A stretch of DNA of 64,000 bases from Eledone cirrhosa. Taxonomy: Eukaryota. Below the pieces are notes generated by a model, which was given only the letters and a program-made list of their open reading frames with translations, was not told where the DNA came from and searched no databases. Position 1 is the stretch's first letter, and each line of letters starts with the position of its first letter. The position numbers and the translations under genes are program-made. The stretch is from positions 126,356,001 to 126,420,000 of the forward strand of contig OZ024743.1 in assembly GCA_964016885.1 (NCBI GenBank). The letters are read 5' to 3'. This document shows positions 54,401 through 64,000 of this stretch, piece by piece.

Positions 54401-55179
54401 TTGAAAAGGCCATCTGTTTAATGTTTCTGGGCAACCTAATTCTTATATATACATGAGATTTTCGACTCCTGCTTTTCGACTCTGCAACAAACAGTCTGCT
54501 TTCGACCCCGCAACAAACAGATAGCTTGTGTGGTCAACACACACACTTGCTAGCTAGCCTTTTTGGGGTCGACATATGATGAGCTTGCTACCAAAACAGG
54601 TTAGGGTTAGGGACAACCCCAACCATTTTAATTTTACTAAGACATTAGATAAAACAAAAAATTCATAAGAGAAAATCCATTCATATAATTATAAAAAAAG
54701 ATAAGATAATTAAAAACAAATTTTGTATTAAAAATTGCTTTATCTTACGGAACCCACTTTGAGAAACATTGGTGTATAATGTGTCACATTACACAACCCG
54801 CGGTTATATCAGGTGTAATAGTTTCATGTAATTAAGTTTGATTTGCTATCACTGTGGAACACTTTAGTGAAATGTTTTCTGTGACAGTGTCAGGTTGACT
54901 GAAGTTTCGTGTGGAATTGGTTAGTTGAAAACACTGTAGGAAGCTCAACGGCCGGAAAAAAACCTAGAATTTGATGGACCAGCTATACTTCACCGTGTTT
55001 TGCTAATTGTGCCTGAAAATTACGTCATGAGTACAAGTTAATGTGGAATACTCAGCCATTTACAGGTAACTCCGTTGAGGGAACAACTAGAACCGTCGTT
55101 CGTGAAAATCGATGAGAGAGAAAAAGAGAGTTCGTCAGCGTATATCAAGAAGTAATAAGTAAACAAATCGTTATTTTAA

Positions 55180-56200
55180 CATCCGGGACCTGTTGTGGAA
55201 GGTGCTGCAGGAGTGTGGGATCGATGGTCAGCTTCTTGCTGCCCTGATGTCTCTATACAAATGCCCTAGTATTTGTGTTCGGATAAATGGTGCTAAATCG
55301 AAACCATTCAATGTGGGAGTCGGACTCCGCCATGGGTGTGTACTGTCACCTCTCCTTTTCATTATTTTTATGAACAGGATTGACATGCGTAGCCAGGTTG
55401 GATGTGGTGTCACGACTGGCGAGTGTAAAATCAGCCGGCTGAAATTTGCAGATGACATAATATTACTTAACACGACAGAAGGTGATCTCCGACTTGTACT
55501 TGATAGGTTGGATGCCGAGTGCACCATGACTGAAATGAAAATCAGTGCTGCGAAAACTGAGACACTTATCCTCTCAAAGAAGACTGTCCAGTGCACTCTA
55601 TACGTGGATGGAGTTCTGTTGAAGCAGGTAGAGACGTTCAAGAATCTCAGGGCCGTGTTCACGAGTGATGGAAAGCTGGAGGCTGAAGAATTACAGGAGC
55701 TGGTGTAGTAATGCGCCAGCTTCAGCATTCAGTAATCAGAAGGGAGGTAGTTGTAAAAGCCAAACCTCGCTATCTCAATTCGGGATTCGTACCAACCCTT
55801 ACCTATGGTTATGAATCTTGGGTAATGACAGAAAGAATACGATCGCGAATACAAGCGGCCGAAATGGTGTTCCTCCGAAGGGTCTTTGGAGTAACGTTAT
55901 CCAATAGAGTTTGTAGCTCGGAGATAAGAGAGTCGCTTCAGCTAGAGCCACTACTTTTTCGATATTAGGGCATGTGGTTAGAATGTTTCAGGAAACAATC
56001 GCTGGACATATTTTACAGGCAATACCAGCCGACAGGAGACCCAGAGGTAGACTCCGAGCAAGATGGTTAGATAATATCAATAAGCTCGGCTGGTCACGCT
56101 TATGAATCCAGCCGAAGACAGTTGCTTCTGACAGGACCTGCTAGAAGGAGTGTTTGAGGCTTCACCACAATGACAAGAAGATTTTCCAAGATTACCCTGG
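55180..56200 (+). mobile_element. Decayed RTE-clade LINE of a different family (no PHD finger)
   Basis: ORFs 55193-55708 (GVGLRHGCVLSPLLFIIFM, LKFADDIILL, KISAAKTE) and 55711-55968 (VPTLTYGYESW..RIQAAEMVFLRR). Confidence 0.88.
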
Positions 56201-56554
56201 ATAGACAATGTGACGTATCATCCCTACTTTCAATTCTGTGTTATCCCGTTTCAACCCAGCATTCCTTCTTATATCTTCTGCCACTGGTGACACATGACTA
56301 GAAGTTTTTATTTTACATTCGCCTGATTACATAAAAATAATTGAGTATCTAATAAAAACGAAACACACTATTAAAGGGAAAAGGAAATGAAAATAAGACA
56401 AAGAAAACAGGATCAAGCAACGAAACCTTTTTAAAATAAAGAGTTAAGCCTATTCCTTTAACTGCAGAATTGTAACAGTTCAAAACTGAGCGTAGTAGTA
56501 ACAATGTAATTTTTTATCCGTAACCGACTTGTCCTCGCCTCCCCCGGATCTGTC

Positions 56555-58592
56555 TGTAGCAAGCTACTTTCCTTTGGCGCATTGATACTCTGTCCGTGTG
56601 TGATTTGGCTAAGTTAGGCCAATCGCTAAGTTAGGCCAATCGCACGGATATGTATTTTCAACTTCCACCCAAACCGAGACTTTCCCGCGACTTTTAATAA
56701 ACTAACCCAATTGTTCTTAAACTGTGGTAAGGTAAACACCATTTTTCTTTTGCTCCGCAAACATTAACCAATATGTAAAATAACAATTTAACCACGGTCT
56801 GGCTAACTCCTCGGCCAGTAGACCGGGCCTTCTGCAATCTTAATTTTGTTCGTTTCATTTGTTTTGGCATGCCAGCTCAACCTTTTTGAATAAACCATAC
56901 CTTACCAATTACAAACAAATACATTGTTGTTACATATTCTCGTTGATATGATTATTACATGACATAATATTATCATTTTATATACTTCTAAAATGATGAC
57001 ATATAAACTATCATGATTATTTTATTTAAATGCTAGAAATGGTGAGCCGCCGTTGGAACATTTCCGGACGAAATATTCCTCTAAAAGACCTTTCTTGTAT
57101 TGTGTCAACACACCATGTAAAAAAACTTTCTTGTTGATATGCCAACAGGGCAATCACGTTGTTTACCTTCAATAAATCGCTGCAGAAAAAATTCCTTTGA
57201 AGAAAAATTAGCAGTATTTAAAAAAATTACAGCACGAAAAAAATCTTTTTCAACATGTCTTCTATTAACATCAACAACAGCAACAACAACATTGGTTAAT
57301 CGCTACCATAAACCACACGGGGAAAAATGTATTCAAAACAACAATCACCAAACCTACGAATAGCAGGATCACAGCTACAATTACGTCACCAACGACCCCA
57401 CAACAGATTCAACCAATTGCTTTCTTTTGAAAGCAACTAAAATTCTGTTGGCCATTTTTCCTGGTGTCAAACACTTTTGGCATTCACTGGGAGGCCGAAA
57501 ATTTCCCGCCTACCCATAAATTCCTTGCCAGCACCTGCGAATACAGACTTGCATTTTATGGTTGCAGAACAGCCCACCTTAGAGTCGTTGGATCTCTCTT
57601 CACCGGAATTAGCAACCTTCAAATGCAAATGCCTGCCTGATTCTCTCTGATACTGCGACAGATTCACCTCGCCCTCTGCTCCCACAGACTCATCGTCAAA
57701 TAGTTTTCGATTCTCTACACAGCTACTGGTAAACTACCATAACAGCTACATTTACACAGCTCTGGTACAACGACTACCACAACAGCTACACAGCTCTGGT
57801 AAAACACTATGAACAGCATCCTCATGGACAACAGCTACTGGTAAAAAGATTTCCATAACAACTAATGCAAGAACAGCAACTTTAAAAACACTTCAGACAT
57901 TTTTCGCCATGTCAGACTTTATTCGCTTTCTATTAGACCCCGAGTGGTCACGTTATAAATAGCAAACAGCTAGTCATTTGACACAGCGGCTTACATAACA
58001 AGGCCCTTAGCGCCTCATTCACAATTTTCTTTTTGCATGCATTCATTCTTTCATTCAATTTTTTTCATTGATCTTCTCTTTTTCAGCGTTTTCTTACCGC
58101 ATCAATGCGAATTCAATCATATTTACCACCTTTCCGGTCTAAACAAGGGGTATTGTAGCAAGCTACTTTCCTTTGGCGCATTAATACTATGTCCGTGTGT
58201 GATTTGGCTAAGTTAGGCCAATCGCTATCCGCGCACGGATATGTATTTTCAACTTCCGCCCAAACCGAGAATTTCCCGCGACTTTTAATAAACTAATTCT
58301 CTTTGTGCTTAAACTGTGGTAGGGTAAACACCAATTTTTCTTTTGCTCCGCAAACATTAACCAATATGTAATACAACAGTGGAACCACGGCCTGGCCAAC
58401 ACTTCAGCCACTGGACCGTGCCTTCTGAAACAATTTTGCTCGTTTCTTTCGTTTGGCATGCTAGCTCTACTCACTTCAACCTTTGTTAATAAATAATGTA
58501 AAAACCTGTTACAACAAACTACAAATTGTCGTCCACATCATTTTACATATTGATATTATTATTACATGGTTTAATATTATTTAACAGCTAAA
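56555..58592 (+). mobile_element. Internally deleted Gypsy-type LTR retrotransposon with two diverged LTRs
   Basis: Direct repeats 56555-57037 and 58154-58592 begin TGTAGC and end GCTAGA/GCTAAA (decayed GCTACA). PBS-like TGGTGAGCCG at 57040; purine tract AAACAAGGGG before the second LTR; internal FLVD (protease-like) and TPSGHV (TRSGR-like) traces. Confidence 0.72.
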
Positions 58593-60189
58593 TTGGTGAC
58601 TATCAAAATTTCTGTTATATTGGTGACCTCTGTCAATACACATGAACACACTACAAATCATAACTATATTCATTATACTATATTGCTTCATGTCTATTTT
58701 ATATTTGACTTATATCGCATCTGCAGACTCACAATGGTCGATATATTACATGGAAAGGGGCAAAGTCATTGCCGAATCGACTGATAACCAGCCAGCCATA
58801 CTATGCCAAAGTTGCCAGTACTGAAGCAAACTATTATAACTTTCCAACTTTACTTCTGAAATATTACACCTGAACAGATTCAAATAAAAAATAAACTTGA
58901 TAAGTCTTAAAATAAATTATAATCTATCGATAGAAAAATGTTATCTTATTGGTGTGTTGCAATAGTTTGTTGTAATTGAATTGTGAAATGTACTGTGAAC
59001 TCGAATGTTATAACGGTTTGTTATTATCGGTAAAACTAGTCACAATTAATAATATATTTATTGCAGGGTTTAAGATTCAAGTAGATGTTAAACAAGACCC
59101 CCCCCCCCCCCCAATAAAAAAACACACACAAATATATTCTCTTCTTGTAAAAGTATTCAAAGCTTGCCCAAGAGTCCCTGGAAACAAATTGGTATGGTTC
59201 AACTATCGAAATATTAAAGACGAATTATTATTTCGTACAATTATGGTTTCAGTACTAATAATAGGTTCTGCTTTAGGCACAAGGCCAGCAATTTGAAGGT
59301 GGGGAGGGAAAAGTCGCTTAAATCAACCCCAGTACTTACTGGTGCTTTATTTTATCGACCCTGTAAGGATGAAAGGCAAAGCAAACCTCAGCGGATTTGA
59401 ACTCAGAACGTAAAGGGCAGTAACTCTATGTCGCGAGGCATGTTGTCCGGCGTTCTACCGATTCTGCCAATCCGTCGCCTTTCAGTACTAATAATGGTTT
59501 TTAATTTCGGCACAAGGCCAGTAAATTTGAGATGGCAAAGTTGATTAAATCAACCCCAGTACTCAACTTTATCGACCTCTAGCGGCATTTAAACTCAGAA
59601 TATAAAGAGCCAGAATACCGCAATGGCATTTTATTCAACGCTCTACCAATCTACCACCCTCTTTCACTACTAATAATAATTCATCTTTACAATCCATAAG
59701 CTTATCACCAAATGTTATGTTAACTAGCTTGTATTTCCATTGGCTTTGATATTGATACTAAATAATAGTCAATGTACATTCATATCTTATACAATCTGTT
59801 TCTACTACACATTGAATATCTTACAAACACATACATAAACACAGAGCTACCTAATTACTCAATCTTTAATAAAATTCTGGAACTCTATTTCTAATATATA
59901 CAAGTCTGCACATGATATAATTGTTATGCTAATATTGTAATTGGCAGAATCGTTAAAGCATCGGACATTCGGTTCTTTACGTTCTGAGCTCAAATCCCAC
60001 CGAAGTCAACATTATGGGATCTATATAATAAAGTACCAGTAAAGTACTGTGGTTGATTTAATTGAATTCCCCCTCCCACATCACAAGTTTTCAACCATAG
60101 AAGACTGGCTTTGAGTTGAGGGTGAAAAGAAACCAAGAGTAGACTAAGGCTTGATAAGTAGCAGCAGTATCTAAAGTTTATAGTGATGA

Positions 60190-61620
60190 TAAGAAGGACG
60201 ATGGAATATTAGCTAAATCGATAACGGACACTAACAATTTAAACGTTGTATATATTAACAATATAGGTGGCAAAGGACTGAAAAAGTAAAAGTATTAGAT
60301 ACATTAAATTGTTTAAACTACATAGCATAGAATATTGAAGTTAGTGATATCATAATGATGAAGTATTTGAAAAGGGTGAGAGAGATTTAGAAGCGATGAT
60401 GATTGTGGAGCCAAGAAATCAATCATGATCATAATCTATCATTAAGATTAACAAAGATTATTTCGTATCATAATCATAATATAGTCGAGTAGTATATGGA
60501 AAGTAAAGACGAAAGAGTTAAATATTAATCAATGGATGTTCAGTACAATATAAACCTAGTAGACATGTTGAATGCAGGTAAGCTGAGGAAGTAACTGGAT
60601 AGAAATACCAATACTTTTGATATCCAGCTGAGTTGAGAGCTAAGAAAGTAATTAAATATGCACACGGGATACATCGTAGGAACGGATTTTGTATGAAAAA
60701 ATTTACAGAATTGTTGATAAAGAGAATGGACCTCAGCCGGTTTCGACAACGAGTGTTCCAGTTGTTCAACCAACGGAATACCCTGCTGAAATTAACATGT
60801 ATGTAGCTGAGCGTTCCACAGACACGTGAACCATTAATGTAATTTCAAGGGAGATTCAGCGTAAAACAGTGTGTGGCATGGTTGGCCCTTTATAAATACA
60901 TATATATAATTTTAGTTTATTCTTTATCTGGTGAATGTTTCAATTTTCAATTGTTTTTTTCACAGTTTATGTAAAAAATATAATATAATGCTTACAAAAC
61001 GAAAACAAACAAATATAATATATACAAAGGAAAGGGAAAGGTAAATTACATTTCATAATATCAGCTATTAAAAACTTTAGAAATAAAGGTATTGGGGTAT
61101 CATTTATTCACAATTGTAGAAATAACATTACAAGTTGTTCACAAAGTACAGTCCATCTAACGGGGCTTGCAAACTGTCCGTTTACCAAATTTTACTCATA
61201 AGACATGCATGAGTCGACCCGAGGCTATTGTAAATGACAACTGATCAAGATGTCACACATTGGGATCAAACCCACGATTAAATGATTGCGAGGCAGACAA
61301 CTTAACCATTCGGTCATATAGCGTCCGCGTAAGTTTTCAGTGAATATATTAGTGTTGGATTTTAGGATTCTGATGAGTCAGTGGTTTTGAAAATAAAAGG
61401 CAACGCCAGTTGATGTTTGTGGAAATAGACTTAGTAAGTATTCAAAATATCAAATGGGTTAGTTGTGGAAAGATGAAAGTTGTCAATACACTTGATAAAA
61501 TCTATTTTCAAATCCTTGCATGATCAGTTGCATATGTGGTTTATCATATATGAATAATGATTGCTAAATGTCTCTGGGGAAAGTATATTTATAAGCACTT
61601 TAGGGATGAGTGGGTATTAG
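60190..61620 (+). mobile_element. Possible highly decayed LINE APE-endonuclease region, interrupted by SINEs
   Basis: Purine-rich strand with traces such as NLNVVYINNIGGKGL..DIIMM; no intact motif. Confidence 0.25.
60736..60895 (-). repeat. Dispersed SINE-like tail family
   Basis: TGTGGAA..CTCAGC.AC.TACA..TTAA..CCGTTG..AACAACT.GAAC shared with 54960-55110(+) and 31140-31285(-). Confidence 0.55.
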
Positions 61621-63329
61621 CATACGTAAATTGGTGGTTATCATACATTATAAACAAAAATATTGAAATTTCAGTTGCCGCAAGTCAGGTAACAAAAACA
61701 ATGTTTTCAATATCAAACCCATCTCACTGCTAAGTTTCGACTTTAGATAACTTCAGAGGTTATCTAACACCAGAACTTCGAAATCCTTGCTATCCTTTTC
61801 TTGATATGTATTGAGGGCTTGTTTACTTCATGTTTGACAGATTGTATATACCGCGAATTGGCAGAGTCGCTTGAACTTCGGATAATTCTTTGCAAGATTC
61901 GTTCCGGCTCTCTGCACTCTAGAGTTCAAATGTTGTCATGGTCAATAAAAAAAAGTACCAGTCCAGTAGTGGAGTCGATTCTTCCACTATATTTCTTTCT
62001 CACATCCACTCTCTATCCTTCTCTAAAAAAAAGAAAGATAGGCCCTGCCATGTTCAAAGTGTCCAAGACACGCCATATGTCATCACGGCGCCCTACAGCG
62101 CTACTACGAATTACAGATACATACATACCTATACGTTTTCACATAAACACAACCCCTTCAATATGTTTCCTATATCAAAAGTCTTCCTCAAATTTAAAAA
62201 CCTATTTTTAGAAGAATCTTCCATTTGGAATTAACTAAGGTGTAAGAAAATTACTTTTAAATAAATAAATTAACACTGAATATATTAACTTATTTCTTCA
62301 GAGTTAACATTCGCAACTTTTGATTAAGACAAGATTCCACCAGAGATCCTTTTTTTTTTTTCTTTTTCAATCAGTTTGTTTTACATGTTCTCGTTTTTAA
62401 TACACAAGCACAACATTCGTAATTCCTCACCAATATCTATTCAATAGATTATGAATAATAATTTTATAACCGGTTGCCACTCACATTTTTACGTAGCTAT
62501 TCTTTTTATAAAGTTGTGTATATTTCGTGACATCATAAAGCTATCTAAGATGGTGTGCAAAACTTCATACAGTGGTTAAGTCTCGTATGGGCAAATATAG
62601 AGCTTCTCTCTAGATTGATACCCAACGACAATGGACACATCGTAATCTTACATGAACCATTTATAACTAGAAGACAACATTGCATGACTTCTTTAAAGTG
62701 ATCTATATTGAAACATTTCTTCACTAAACTTTGTACGAAAAGAAGTTTAATATTACAAACCTGAGAGTGTCAAATAATAAACAGGAAATTTTGTAACCGT
62801 GCAATATTTGCATATTTTATGTTTCAACTTGATAATTGTTTCTACTTTAGGCACAGGGCCAGCAATTTGAATGGGGGGGGGTCGATTAAATCGACCCCAG
62901 TACACACTGGTACTTTATTTTATCGACTCCGTAAGGATGAAAGGCAAAGCGAACCTCGACGGGATTTGAACTCAGAACGTAAAGGACCGTAACTCTGTTA
63001 CAAAGCATGTTGTCCGACGCTCTAGAGCTCAAAGGAGCCCTAGTAATGAGACTATGAGGTTAAACATGTATAAGACGACTTTACAATTTGCGCGGGGAGT
63101 TAAAACGATCAGCAATTATTTACGGGGTTGATAAAATAAAGCACCAGTAATGCACTGAGGTCGATTTAATCGACATTCCCCACCCCTTCAAACTGCTGGC
63201 CTTGTGCCTATAGTAGAAACAATTATTATAGGGGGAATAAATAGATAGATGTTGCAATGTTTTAAGGAAATGAATAAATAATATATTTTATTTAACAAGC
63301 AAACCTTTGAACAATATCTAAACATAAAC

Positions 63330-63720
63330 ATATACGGATGTCGCGGTAAACGTGAGGATCACCGCTTCCGTTGACGAACGGAATAAAATCTTAAAATATC
63401 AACTAACTGTTTTTTCCAGCCTGTGGTGTTCGAGACGTTTGGTGCAGCTGAGCCACTGACAACGAAGTTCTTGTCATCGTTAGCCTTACCAAAGTGTCAG
63501 ATGATGACCGTGAGGGTGCTTGGTTGTTTCAGCGCCTTAGCCTCGCCATCACCCGCGGTAATGCTGCGAGCATGTTGGCTTGCCTCAAAACCTTTCGATG
63601 GCTCTTGTGGATGTGTGACCGATTAACACACTTAGTGTTGAATTTATGGTTTCTTTTTGTTTGATTTTATTTTTTCTCTTGTTTTGATCATATATTTTTG
63701 AGCATTATATTTATAAATTT
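63330..63720 (+). mobile_element. 3' end of a CRE-like non-LTR retrotransposon (restriction-like endonuclease domain)
   Basis: With one frameshift: KILKY..FFQPVVFETFGAAEPLTTKFLSSLA..KVSDDDREGAWLFQRLSLAITRGNAASMLAC, matching the K..KY / P...ET.G / QRLS.A..RGNA signature; T-rich 3' UTR. Confidence 0.8.
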
Positions 63721-64000
63721 CCTAACAACAATGAATTGTATCGGTAAAGCGTCAGACACCGTGCTTTGCTGCATAGAGTTATGGCTCTTTACTCTGCGTT
63801 TTAATCCCGTCAAAATTAACTTAGCCTTTCATCCTTACTGGGTCGATAAAATAAAGCACCAGTAATGCACTGGAATAATTGCTGGCCTTGTGCCAAAAGT
63901 AGAAACGATTATTATGTTTATATTTTCATTCTGTAAAAAGTATTCATTAAGTATTATATATATTGTCTAAAGTACCAGTAATGCACTGGGTAATTGCTGG

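Noticed and set aside
54599-54612. Telomere or interstitial telomeric array
   Set aside because: Only two TTAGGG units.

Overview
AT-rich eukaryotic DNA made almost entirely of transposon debris and microsatellites. I infer a coleoid cephalopod, probably an octopus, from the SINE families (recalled, not searched). No intact host protein-coding gene can be supported, and most ORFs in the track are (TA)n/(CA)n or antisense artefacts. Recognisable elements: several RTE-clade LINE copies (one family has a C4HC3 PHD-type finger inside the RT C-terminus), Penelope-like elements (PLEs) with GIY-YIG endonuclease, an L1/Tx1 3' fragment, a CRE-like restriction-like-endonuclease LINE tail, a decayed Gypsy LTR element, Helitrons, mariner/pogo and piggyBac-type MITEs, and three tRNA-derived SINE families. 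Highlights: (i) a ~4.9 kb PLE palindrome (39.7-44.6 kb) whose right arm carries a well-formed minimal type I hammerhead ribozyme that is deleted from the left arm; (ii) about nine further hammerhead-like motifs in PLE-type tails, several in fold-back arrangement; (iii) recurrent short inverted duplications centred on (TA)n tracts or retroelement ends; (iv) a strong SINE orientation bias and an apparent CpG-density transition near 52 kb, suggesting a long host intron to the left. All alignments and counts were done by eye.
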